Source: Pachysolen tannophilus NRRL Y-2460
Taxonomy: Eukaryota
NCBI GenBank assembly: GCA_001661245.1
Contig: KV454011.1
Span: 734,348 to 798,347 of the forward strand
Direction of reading: 5' to 3'
DNA: 64,000 nucleotides
A program made the position numbers and the translations under genes. This document shows, piece by piece, positions 1-10,978 of the stretch. The stretch's first letter is position 1. Each line of letters begins with the position of its first letter. The notes under the pieces are model-generated. The model searched no databases, was not told the DNA's origin, and saw only the letters and a list, made by a program, of their open reading frames with translations.

Positions 1-29
1 TTTGAGAGCACGTTTTTAATGTGGTTGTG

Positions 30-68
<39 letters not shown>

Positions 69-578
69 GCTTTAAATTTCACTTCCTTTTTTTTTAAGGG
101 CAAAACAATGTCAAAGTCAAATTGTTCTCCCAGGAACTGGAATATATTAAGTAAGTAAGTGGTGGTGATACAATTATCACATAACTTTTCCATTAAACCT
201 ATATTAGTCTTTATACTTTTTTTCGTACTTTATGTAGAACCTGAATTAAAAAGAAAAACCATTGCTTTGAATGGATTGCTGCTGCTGCCTTTGCACACTT
301 TATTTCTTTTATTTTATATATTTTTGCCACAATATTTTTTGAAAACGCTCAATTTGGAAGGGTAAGAGGGTCTCTGCGGCGCAGCCCATTAGGAGCCCAT
401 TAGATGCCCGCCAGTAGTTATAAAGAGCAGCAATCTATATAATCTGAAAGAAGACTATTATCATCATTATTATATATATATATTCTATATTTATATAATT
501 GAATCCTCATTCTAATAAATTGTTTAATAAAAGATTAATTGATTTATTGAAAAGAAATAAAGAAATAAAGAAAGAAAA

Positions 579-1391
579 ATGTCATCTACTATTATTGCTT
601 CTAACATTCCGTTAGAGATTACTGAAGCTAAATTACAAGAATTTTTTTCATTTTGTGGTAAAATTAAGTCAATTTCTGTTATAGATAAACAAGATAATTC
701 AAAATCAGCTAAAGTTGAGTTTGAAAATGCAGCAGCAGTTTCTACTGCTCTTTTATTAAATGGTGCTGAATTGGGTAGTAATGCTATTGTTGTTGTTGAG
801 GACGGTGCTTCAAAAGCTGTGACTGGATCATCTGCAATTCCTACTGGTGCTGTTAAGGATGCTCCTCCAGCTTATGGCTCCTCTGTTGGACAACAAGATT
901 TTACAAGTGGATCAGTTGATGATATGGCTGATGTTTCTCAGGAGGATAAACCAAAATCTGCTATAATTGCTCAGTATTTATCCCAAGGTTATGTGTTATC
1001 CGATCAATTAGTAGAAAAAGCAGTTGCATTTGATAAAGAACATGGTTATTCAACAAAATTTAAAGATTTTCTTGGAAATTTAGATGAAAAATTTCATATT
1101 CAAGATAAAAATAATCAAATTGTTTCTGATGCTAATGAAAGATTTCATTTGGAAGAAAATTTAAATAAGGGGAAATCTTCATTAGAATCTTATTTTGATA
1201 GATTTAAACAGGATAAGTATGGTTCTAGAATTCATAAGTTTTATACAGATATTGTTAAAGATACAAAAGATGTCCATGAAGAAGCAAGAAGATTAGCTGA
1301 ATTGAAAAAACAAGACTTGCAACAGAGACAACAAGGTGGCGCTCTTGTCGACCAAACTGTTTCAAGCACTGAACAGAATGTTAACCAATAA
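579..1391 (+). CDS. RRM-domain protein, fungal Vip1-like
   Basis: N-terminal RRM (IIASNIP..EAKLQEFFSFCGKI, VEFENAAAVSTALLLNGAEL) and C-terminal QEDKPKSAIIAQYL..GYVLSD and DVHEEARRLA motifs typical of Vip1-family proteins. Confidence 0.75.
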   Translation: MSSTIIASNIPLEITEAKLQEFFSFCGKIKSISVIDKQDNSKSAKVEFENAAAVSTALLLNGAELGSNAIVVVEDGASKAVTGSSAIPTGAVKDAPPAYGSSVGQQDFTSGSVDDMADVSQEDKPKSAIIAQYLSQGYVLSDQLVEKAVAFDKEHGYSTKFKDFLGNLDEKFHIQDKNNQIVSDANERFHLEENLNKGKSSLESYFDRFKQDKYGSRIHKFYTDIVKDTKDVHEEARRLAELKKQDLQQRQQGGALVDQTVSSTEQNVNQ

Positions 1392-1664
1392 TTTACAAAA
1401 AAATGAGTTATTGAGTTACACTTTTTTTTGTATTTTTAGTTCATATGGTCTTGTTTGGTTATTTTTATGTGTGTGTGTTGGTTTTTTTACTTTTTTATTT
1501 TTTATTTTTTGACTTGTGATATTTAGATGCTGCTATTATAAATTTTATTTTATTTTATCTTACTTTTTTTTTTTTAATTCATAATGAGCATTATCTACTG
1601 GTTTTCATACTTGCGCTATATAATTTTTTATTTTTTATTTTTTTCTATTTGATATATTCAATAT

Positions 1665-2897
1665 TTAATATTCAAATTCAAATTCGTATATTCTATCTGT
1701 AATACCGTTTGTTTCATGCTTTAAATAAGATTTTACACATTCACCCCATCTATCAACTCCTTTATAATCTCTAATTTCACCTTTAATTCCATCAATGGCA
1801 TCACATAAATCTTGTCCTAAATTTTCTTGATTTCTTATAGTTGTTAATGGAGTCACATATGTCTTAACAAGCAACATGTTAGTTCTAGTCTTTGGTAACC
1901 TTATAAACATTTGCTTTTCAGTCCTGAAAAAAACCTTGTTAAAATCAACAGTTGCTGGGTTTAATATTTTTTGTCTTGGTTGAATTGTCTTCGAACTCAT
2001 TTCATGTTCTGGATCAGTATAAGAGATAAAATAAAAAAATCTTGGAATTTTTGCAATTTGTATAAACCAATTATTTCTAACAATATATGAAGATGGTTTT
2101 AAACGATCAAAAAATTTGTTCATTGATATTTGTAATCTCAGAAAATATCCAGGAACAGGTTCATGAATTGTTGATATAGGCTTATTAAATATATCAGTAC
2201 TATCTAAACCACCAGGTGCACATATAGCACCACCTCTATGAACGTATTCATTGGGATAAACACTAGAATCATTGTTATTCTTTATTAAAAATACAAAATC
2301 TTCAGTAATTGTACAATTTAAAAGTTTAAGTAATTCATAAACTGATAATTTTAAATCTGAAATCGGTAAAAACTCTTTTCTTATCGAATTATATATATAT
2401 TCCTCCTTACCTTTAATTTGATAAAAATATTTTGGATACCGTTTTTGTAGATATACCAATACATAATGATAAAACTCTCTTATTGACTCACTAGAACTTT
2501 CATGGTAAAATATAGCAAATTCAGGACATTTTTCTGCTATTTTAGCTCTGATATTTGTCATTTTTAAATAATTTTTATCAATTATGAAAAGATCATTTGA
2601 AGGAAGATTACGTATCCCCATAGATAACCTATAATCTTTATTTTTTTGTAAAAAAGGTCTAAACACACTAGGCTCGGCTTTCTTATAATCAAAGGAATCT
2701 GGAACTGGTGTAACCTCAGGTATAGCATCATCATCAACAACATTATCATCATTTGTATATTTTGTACCTAACTTTTTTTTCTGATAAGCTTTTTTATATT
2801 GGGGTAACTTGGTTCTACAATACGGTATAAATTTATAGACCAAATACGACAAAGAGCTCACAAAGCTCAAGTATATCAATATCAAATTCATCTCCAT
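1665..2897 (-). CDS. DUF3445 (haem-dependent oxidative N-demethylase alpha-subunit-like / HRQ family) protein with N-terminal membrane anchor, paralogue 1
   Basis: Motifs RPF..YRLSMGI, YLQKRYP, IHEPVPGY, RNNWFIQ, FRTEKQ..RLPKT; colinear similarity to 6998..8209. Confidence 0.75.
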   Translation of the reverse strand: MEMNLILIYLSFVSSLSYLVYKFIPYCRTKLPQYKKAYQKKKLGTKYTNDDNVVDDDAIPEVTPVPDSFDYKKAEPSVFRPFLQKNKDYRLSMGIRNLPSNDLFIIDKNYLKMTNIRAKIAEKCPEFAIFYHESSSESIREFYHYVLVYLQKRYPKYFYQIKGKEEYIYNSIRKEFLPISDLKLSVYELLKLLNCTITEDFVFLIKNNNDSSVYPNEYVHRGGAICAPGGLDSTDIFNKPISTIHEPVPGYFLRLQISMNKFFDRLKPSSYIVRNNWFIQIAKIPRFFYFISYTDPEHEMSSKTIQPRQKILNPATVDFNKVFFRTEKQMFIRLPKTRTNMLLVKTYVTPLTTIRNQENLGQDLCDAIDGIKGEIRDYKGVDRWGECVKSYLKHETNGITDRIYEFEFEY

Positions 2898-3126
2898 TTT
2901 CTTTTATTTATTCCATACTACAACATCACTATTACTATAATTCTAAAATTGATAAAACTCAGATAAGAAAAGAACCCATTATATATAACTAATTATTTTT
3001 TCACTATCTTCCCCGAAGAAAAAGAAAAACAAAAAAAAAAAAAAACATAATTACCAAAGGCAGAAAATGTAACATAAGAACAATAACAACAACAGCATGA
3101 TAATGTTAAGAATATTATTATTATTT

Positions 3127-4169
3127 TTATAAAAGAGTTTCGCCTAATGCACATCTTGCGATAGCACACCCTACTCTAACTGTATCGAGAACATGGGTTT
3201 CATTTAAAGCTAAAGATGGGTTAGTTTCTACAACATCTAATGCGGCTAAGTTACCAGTGGCAGCAACTTCTTCCACTATGAATAAACCTTCTCTTAAAGT
3301 TAACCCATCTTTGACAGGGGTACCTGTTGCTTGGACAAATAAAGGATCGATAGCATCGACGTCGTATGAAACATGGACTGGTCTATTATTTTCAGGATTA
3401 ATTGCTTTCAATGCCATTTCAACAACTTTACCAATTCCGTACTTGTCTACATGATACATTGAAAATGCAGTAATACCTAAATCTTTTAAAATTTTTTTTT
3501 CTCCCTTGTCAACATCTCTTAATCCAATATATGCAATTCTATCAGCACGTAAATTTGGTCTCAACCATTTGAAATGAGGCGGCCATGATTCTTTATCTAA
3601 TCCCATAACAAATGAAACCGGACAACCATGCAAGTTCCCACTTTCTGTTGTTGAAATTGTGTTTATATCCAGATGGGCATCAATCCATAAGAGACAGGCA
3701 TCTGGTTGAGCTTCGAAAAACCCACTAACTGTTCCTATTGCAATGGAATGATCACCACCAATTGTTAAAGGTAAAGTATTTTTTAAAGCAGCAGTCTTTA
3801 CAGCATCATGAATTCTTTGTGAAGCCAAACTAACCATGTTTGGTCTCTTGACAATACCATGAACATCCGACAGATCTTTCTTCAAACCTAACAAATCAAG
3901 ATCTTTTAAAGGCTCATCTATTGAAGTGGTCCAACCTAATTCTTCCAACTGTGATTGTAAACCTGCATCTAATAAATGTTGTGGACCTTCTTCAACACCA
4001 GATTTTGGTTGCCCCCCATCAAAAGGAGCCAAGATAAGTGTGATTTTTCTACTTGGATGAAACTTGTAAGAATCAACAACTATCAATTAGTTAGCATACA
4101 ACAAACTATAAGTATATATAGGTATTACCATTATTATCATTATAATTATTACTTACTTGATGTTTGCAT
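3127..4169 (-). CDS. CAR1: Arginase; exon 1 4169-4157, intron 4156-4080, exon 2 4079-3127
   Basis: GGDHS, DAHx[21 protein letters not shown] motifs. ATGCAAACATCAA|GTAAGT..TGCTAAC..TAG gives in-frame MQTSIVDSYKF. Confidence 0.95.
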
Positions 4170-4843
4170 TTTTTCTTTTCTTTTCTTTTCCTTTCTTTTT
4201 GTTTTCGTTTTTGGTTAATTTTATTATCAGACAAAATTCAACCTTCCAAGACTTAATTTAAAAAGAAATCAGATATTATTTATACTTTACAAATACTATC
4301 CATCAACTATTGGTGAAATCGGTACCTATCAACTTTAATGGAAACTATTTTAATTCCTCTACTGGGGAAATCACTTCTTTTAATTTATAGAAAAACAACG
4401 GCAACTAATAGAGAGCTCTCTTGGAGAGGAAAACAAGTACAAAATTTAAAGGGAAAAATTAAAGAGAAATCGTAAGCGACTGCAAGCGATCTTAAGCTGC
4501 CGCTGCTCACCGCCCATAAAAAAAAGCAGGTGACCGGGTACACTACCCGCCTGTCTACAAGCCAATAATATCACATAATATTAACAAGTAACACGTTTAA
4601 ATAAAATATACCCTACACTAAGCTTTTTATTAATACAACACAAACACTAAATACGTAGATAGTAATAATATATATATTTATTTATTTTTATAGATTTGAC
4701 TTATATAGATACAAGCATTGCACTTTGGCCCCAAAAAAAAACACAAAAACAAAAACAAGATTTGTGAGATTTAAATGCATAACCATAACCAAGACAAACT
4801 AAAAACAAATTTTGCTTTCACCTCTTTTTACCTCAAAATCTTT

Positions 4844-5038
4844 TCATTTCTTTGAACAAGTACATGTTCCTGAACACTTGCATTCACCCTTTGTAGAACC
4901 ACATCCACATGTTGATGATTCACCTTCTGGACCATGCATGTTAGTTAAACTTCTCTTGTTGGTGGAACTGCATCCTGAACAGTTACACTTTCCTGCTTCG
5001 CAGGTACAGTTATGAGTTGAGCTACACGAGCACGACAT
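4844..5038 (-). CDS. Metallothionein (64 aa, 13 Cys)
   Basis: CxC clusters at both ends, no aromatic residues, ATG start, typical MT composition. Confidence 0.85.
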   Translation of the reverse strand: MSCSCSSTHNCTCEAGKCNCSGCSSTNKRSLTNMHGPEGESSTCGCGSTKGECKCSGTCTCSKK

Positions 5039-5412
5039 ATTTGATTGATTGTATGATTGAAATTAATTTGATATAATTGATGTTAATCACAAACAAATAA
5101 AAATTATTAATTATAATTAAAAACACAGAAGTAAATTAGAAATAAGGAGATTACCTGTTTAATTTATACTTGTCATTTCTATTTACGTATGAGTGACTTT
5201 TGCTGCCGGATTTTTTCGAGAAACTTCTGCCAAATTTACGTGCCCGATAAAAGTTCGCTTTGATCGAGCTATGAGCAAAATTGTGCACAATGCGCACTAC
5301 TTGTGTTACTCATAGCCCGTACGAGAGTACCAGTACCAGCAGCACCAGCAGCACCAGCAGCACCAACAACAGTTACGGCAGTTACAGTAGCAATAGCAAT
5401 AACAGAGCTATA

Positions 5413-6693
5413 TCACATTACAAACTGCAAGTTCATGTCAATAGGATGAGATGAAGAAAGCTGAGGTTTTTGAGTATACTTTCCAACCATTAAATTTCTC
5501 ATATTGTTCAACAATGTTAGATAACTTTGTTGGGGTTGTTGTGACAATGTAGTGATAAAACTCCATGACATTGCTCCCGTGGCCATTCCATTGACAGCAG
5601 AGTCTGCACTTGTTTGAGAATCTTTACATCCACTTATTGATATGACATCAGCTGGGGAAAATTTTCTTTGGCGAGTTACTTCAGTAGCATTAGAATTACT
5701 ATTTGTAAATTTGTTGAAAACATCTGATACAGAACTGAAAACTCCAGTAATGTTTCCATTTGCATAATTCATAGCAGCAGACATTGCACCAGAACCAGCA
5801 TCTTTCCACAAGTTTGGTTCTTTAACAATACCTTTTGTAGAGTAAACGTAAGGAAGATCTAACGCTGTTCCTGAATGACATGAATCGTACAAGGCAGTTA
5901 ATCTAATTCCAGGAGCTAGAGGTCTAACCATAATGTCATGCATCTCGTCATCAATAATCATTCCTGCAGTTTTAAAATCAACAGGGTAAATTGTATCGTC
6001 ATATCCACTTTCTTCATCTCCATCCAAATCTTTAGTGGTCCCCCCATGACCAGAATAATGGAAAAACAATGAATCATTTGGTTGGGCTCCATTAACTAAC
6101 CAGTGCATCGCCCTTATAATATTTGCCCTGGTTGGTATAGAAATCGGATTTCTTTGATCATCTGTTAAAATAACCATATCTTCGATTTTGTAACCATAAT
6201 TATTTATCAAAAAACTCGACATATTTCTTACATCGTTAATACAACCTTTTAATTCATTACTAGTACCAAAATAATTTATACCAATAAGTAACGCTTTTTT
6301 CTTACCAGTACAATTAGAGTATTGGAATGTCATATTTGAATTTTGTCCAAAACTTTGAGGTGCACTAGAAGGTTTTGGTGGTGCCCCAGGTGGTCTCTGA
6401 AATTGAGTCCTTGAAGCATCTATCCCATTACTGGCAAAATGATTAGGTTCCCCATAATGCTGTTGCTGCAGTTGTGCAGAAATCGGCCTTCCAGGCGGAG
6501 GCCTATACTGCTGCTCTTGAACATATTGAGGAGGTGGTGGAGCTGGAGGTCTGGAATAACTTTGATATTGGTACTGTTGCTGAGGTGGAGGACCTGCTGG
6601 CCTTGCATACTGCTGTTGTTGCAGTTGTTGCTGATCGTAAGCCTGACCACCAGGATATTTTCTATAATTATGGTTTATCTGTCCTGGATACAT
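5413..6693 (-). CDS. MCA1: Metacaspase with Q/P/Y-rich prion-like N-terminus
   Basis: [23 protein letters not shown] and DSCHSG catalytic His/Cys motifs. Confidence 0.97.
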   Translation of the reverse strand: MYPGQINHNYRKYPGGQAYDQQQLQQQQYARPAGPPPQQQYQYQSYSRPPAPPPPQYVQEQQYRPPPGRPISAQLQQQHYGEPNHFASNGIDASRTQFQRPPGAPPKPSSAPQSFGQNSNMTFQYSNCTGKKKALLIGINYFGTSNELKGCINDVRNMSSFLINNYGYKIEDMVILTDDQRNPISIPTRANIIRAMHWLVNGAQPNDSLFFHYSGHGGTTKDLDGDEESGYDDTIYPVDFKTAGMIIDDEMHDIMVRPLAPGIRLTALYDSCHSGTALDLPYVYSTKGIVKEPNLWKDAGSGAMSAAMNYANGNITGVFSSVSDVFNKFTNSNSNATEVTRQRKFSPADVISISGCKDSQTSADSAVNGMATGAMSWSFITTLSQQPQQSYLTLLNNMRNLMVGKYTQKPQLSSSHPIDMNLQFVM

Positions 6694-6997
6694 TAAGGTA
6701 ATCTCTTTCTATCAAAAATAATATTGAATTAAGAATCAATTGATTTAATAATAAAAGAATAACTTATATGATTCAAGTTATAATTTAATCTGCTAGCCGC
6801 TTAAACTTGATTTTATTTTGATTCAATTGCTTCTAAAAACAAAACAAAAAAAAAAAAAAAATCAAATTCCGATAACAATTCCGAGGTAGGATTCGGTCGG
6901 TTGTTTGGTCGGTCAATAAGTCCGTGTGACTTGAAAAAGACTTTATTCACTCTGGATTATCTGTCTATATATTGTTCTATTTGTATTTTATATTTAG

Positions 6998-8209
6998 TTA
7001 TCTGGTAAAGACGAAATCTTTAACTTCAGTTGTAGCTCCATTAGATTGTCTTTTCATATATGCCTTTACAGCCTCCCCCCATTTAATTTTGTTTTTGTAT
7101 ATTGCTAAATCATCCGGTAATCCATCGATTGCATTACATAACACTTCACTCATATTTTCTTCTTCTCTTAATTTTATCAATGGAGTGAAATAAGTCTTTA
7201 TTGACATGACAACCAGCTTTGTTTTAGGTAATCTTGTTAAAACTTGTCGTTCAGATCTTAAAAAGACTTTATTAAAATCCAAAAATTCCGGTTTTAATTT
7301 TTCGATTTTGGAAATATCTTGACCCGGTTTACCATGATTCAAACCAAGATCATGAATTTTATCATGGGTTTGTATGGACCAATTATTTCTAACCACGTAC
7401 TGACTTGAGTTAATTCTATTGAAAAATTTATTCATTGCTAATTGTAATTTTTCAGTATATTGTGGTACCGGTAAATGTATTGAAGTAAGTGGGCTTCCTA
7501 ATAATTTTTTAGGATTGAAACCTGCTGGGAATAAGAAATTCCCACCTCTCAAGATATATTCTTCATCTTTTTCATTTTTTAAAAGAATAACAAAATCATC
7601 TTCAATGTTTCTACCTAAAATGGATAATAAATCTATAACATCATCAACAGAATTTGATTTCTTGGGGAAACTTTCTTCTCTAATTTGGTTATAAACAACC
7701 CCTTCACTCTTTTCATGAAAAATCATTGGATATCTTTTAACCAAGAAATCAACCACATAATCGTACCACTCTCTTATAGCAGGATGACAAACTGCTTCAC
7801 AAAATACAACTTGATCTCTGTTTTCTTCAAGCAAAGTAGCTCTTACATTGGTCTTTATCAAGTATTTTTTATCAATTATAAAATGATCCTCAGCTTCTAA
7901 TCTTCTAATTGCCATTGTCATCTTATAAGTACCATTTTTCATTGGTCGATATTTTACTTCTTCCTCTTGTTCCCAATCAAAGTCGGGATCTACCGCTGTA
8001 ATATTAGGAGCCTCGTATAGTTTTGATTGGTATAGCAATCCAGACAGTTCGTGTGAGTTCTTTCTGCTACTGCTACTAATACTACCACATAAACGATTCC
8101 ATATTTTGAAGCATACAATAATCAAAGTCGGTATAAGCAAAACTTGAATCGCAATTGCAAAAATATTTGATAAAATAAAGTTTTTATTACTCTCCCTAAA
8201 ATTGGGCAT
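6998..8209 (-). CDS. DUF3445 (haem-dependent oxidative N-demethylase alpha-subunit-like / HRQ family) protein with N-terminal membrane anchor, paralogue 2
   Basis: YRP..YKMTMAI, FPAGFNP, IHLPVPQY, RNNWSIQ, LRSERQVLTRLPKT. Confidence 0.8.
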   Translation of the reverse strand: MPNFRESNKNFILSNIFAIAIQVLLIPTLIIVCFKIWNRLCGSISSSSRKNSHELSGLLYQSKLYEAPNITAVDPDFDWEQEEEVKYRPMKNGTYKMTMAIRRLEAEDHFIIDKKYLIKTNVRATLLEENRDQVVFCEAVCHPAIREWYDYVVDFLVKRYPMIFHEKSEGVVYNQIREESFPKKSNSVDDVIDLLSILGRNIEDDFVILLKNEKDEEYILRGGNFLFPAGFNPKKLLGSPLTSIHLPVPQYTEKLQLAMNKFFNRINSSQYVVRNNWSIQTHDKIHDLGLNHGKPGQDISKIEKLKPEFLDFNKVFLRSERQVLTRLPKTKLVVMSIKTYFTPLIKLREEENMSEVLCNAIDGLPDDLAIYKNKIKWGEAVKAYMKRQSNGATTEVKDFVFTR

Positions 8210-8488
8210 ATCTAATCTAAATTATATAACTTAAAACCAAAAAATGGACAATAATTACAGATATTATAGTATTTATATTTTTTCACAAGACCGTTGCAAT
8301 TCTTAACTAATCAAAAGATAAGTAAAAGATAAAGGGAGATGCGCGGCTGTTTGAGCCGCTCAAGTTTTGGCGCAAGCGGCTAACATTTTGGGACATTATT
8401 ATTATTAGTACTTATTATTACATAGTTTTTTAGCATCTATAAATTCTATAAAAGGGATTTATTGTCATAACTGGTAGAACATTTTAGT

Positions 8489-10978
8489 TTAATAGTTTGG
8501 ACATAAACCGTCAGATTTGACCAAATTGTGAATCTGAAGAAGAAAAAAAAATAAAAAAAGGGAAGAAAATTCATAAAAATTGTTAGTAACTTCCAATTAA
8601 ATATAACAACGATATAATAATACCTGTGAAAAAAAAAGTACTTACATCATGGATTGAAGCATGAAAAAATTGTCTAATTTCTAAAGCCAACCAAACTTTG
8701 ACCATGGAAATGGTATTTCCATTTCTTAGAAGAAGCTTACCATCTTGTAAGCCCAATTGTCTTAATACAGGTAATGCACTAGAAAGAGGTAAAAGAAAAA
8801 AAAAGTTTTTTTCAAAATACGTTAGTATTTTTTTCTTTCTTTTTTACAAACATCAAGTTTTGAAAAGCAGGTCAAAGTCAAAAAAAAAACACTCATTTGC
8901 TTTTCGATCTTTTGGACCCCTTTTCAAACAGTTGGAAATCCAAAAAAATTAGCATATACGAACCTTGCAAAAAGATCCAAGTTTGGATCCAACTGTCTTC
9001 CAATTCCTTCCAACAATAAAATTGCAACAATGACTGTTATAAAATCACCTTCCATTCTTACATGGTGCTGACGAACAATACCTAATACTTGATCCAATAA
9101 GTCTCCGATTGATACACCACCCAAGGTAAATGTTCTTTGCTTTATTCTATCAACTAATCTCTCAACTTTCAAAGCAAAAATCTCTTTATCAATAGCAGTT
9201 TCTGGAGTTCTAGATCTTTCAAACATCAATTCTCCAGCTCTATAACCATCAAATTCAGATAGAGCATTAAATAATTCAATGAAATTGACACGATCAACGT
9301 GGTTCAATTCTGTTACTAATCCAGTATCTATAAAGCAAACTTCTGCATGGTAACCTTCATGAAACATTTTAGTTAATTCTTCACCCATCAGTTTTGGATC
9401 GTCTTTAAAAGATCTAAGCTTAGAAACTATTTGATTCATTTCCTCCTCTGTCGATACTTTTGATAATGTTCTGTCATTTGTATTATGAAGATACTTTTGA
9501 TCGGTTTTATAAAATCTGACTAAAATATTACCGGGATGTAAGTCTGCATGAATGAAATCATCTAAAATCAACATTTGCAAAAAAGAGTCTAAAATTTTAT
9601 CGCTAACTTCTTTAAGCAATCCTGTGCCAAAATTATCTTTCAACTCCAATATTTTAGAAATTGAAATTCCTTGAATATATTCTTCAATTAATACTTCTCT
9701 ACCACTAAACTTCATATAAGGTTTTGGGAATTTAACATCATTTCTTCCTTTAAAATTTTCTTCAAATTTTGCTAAATTTACACCTTCAATTCTTAAATCC
9801 AATTGAATTTTCATTAACATGCTAAATTGTTCAACTTCTGCAGGTAATGATAACCACTCCATTGTAGGTATATAATCAATTACAGAAGCAAAAAATTTCA
9901 TTATTTTCAAATCTCTTTCAATTTTTATTTCAACATTTGGATGTAAAACTTTGACAGCGACCCATTGATTGGCTGCAGGTTCATTTTTGATAATATTTTT
10001 ATCATCCAATTCGTAATCTCGTAATAAGTTTTTATGCAATTTTCCAACATAAACTTGGGCAATTGCACCAACACCTAAAGGTTTTTCAATAAATTCTTCA
10101 AATATGTCATCAAAATTATCAATACCAAAAGTTCTACATATTATTTTTTTGGTTTTATAAAGAGAATGAGGTTTTGCATCCGAATGTAAATTACTCAATT
10201 CTTTGCACATTTGTTTAGGAAAAATATCTGTTCTTGATGCTGCCCATTGGCCTAACTTTATAAAAGAAGCACCTGCCAACTCTATTGAAAATCTTAGAGC
10301 TCTATACCATAAGATACCACCATATCTTTCATTATTATTATTTGGATCACGTTTCCCAAACCAGGAAATTGGCCATAAAATTAAAATTGGAAACATTATA
10401 AACGTCAATTCCACAAATCGCCCACAAGTAAACAAATTATCCCAAATATATGTTACAAAATAATATTTCAGTTTATACAAATACCCTCTAACTAAATGTT
10501 TTGATTCTTCTTCTTTGATCTGTTCTTCTTTATCCATGAGCTCATTTTGAGATGCCATAAAGAGACCCATTTCAAAAGTCTCAGCCTCGGGATCTGGCTT
10601 GAGTATATTCTTCGCTGATATCAGTCCTTTATTCCTTAATACCCTAGGATCAGCATCATTATGAACTGTAGCATTAGATATAGAATACAACGATACACCA
10701 CCAATAACTAAACCTATAGCCATTGATGAGAAAGAAAAATTCTTTGACGAGTAAAAACATGACCTCAAAAAGAAACATTGCTGCGTCAACGGCTTTGAAT
10801 TGGAAAAATGGTTAACATGGTAATATTTTCGAAGCTCACAATTAAATACTTTAACATTTTGAAACCTATAGTTTTCATTATAATTAGTGAATATAGATGG
10901 TGCATTAAATTTTTGATTATGCACTTGTCTAACTATTCTAAAACTACTCGATTTAAGTACACCACCAATTTTATTCAT
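8489..10978 (-). CDS. CQD1: Mitochondrial ABC1/UbiB (ADCK2-like) atypical kinase; exons 10978-8964, 8778-8646, 8533-8489
   Basis: FIKLGQW, VAVKVLHP, HADLHPGN, FIDTG motifs. Two 3' introns (GTTCGT..TACTAAC..TAG and GTAAGT..TACTAAC..CAG) restore LDLFA-SALPVLR...SDGLCPNY*, matching the YPL109C-type C-terminus. Confidence 0.85.

Noticed and set aside
159..365. 68-aa hydrophobic ORF and similar short F/L/I/K-rich intergenic ORFs (e.g. 11142-11372, 12377-12580, 44107-44289, 48626-48844)
   Set aside because: Composition reflects poly-A/T intergenic DNA, many lack an ATG start, and none has a recognisable motif.
4925..4950. TAACTAAC..CAG inside the metallothionein linker resembling a branch point and acceptor
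   Set aside because: No convincing donor upstream, and the ORF is intact without splicing.
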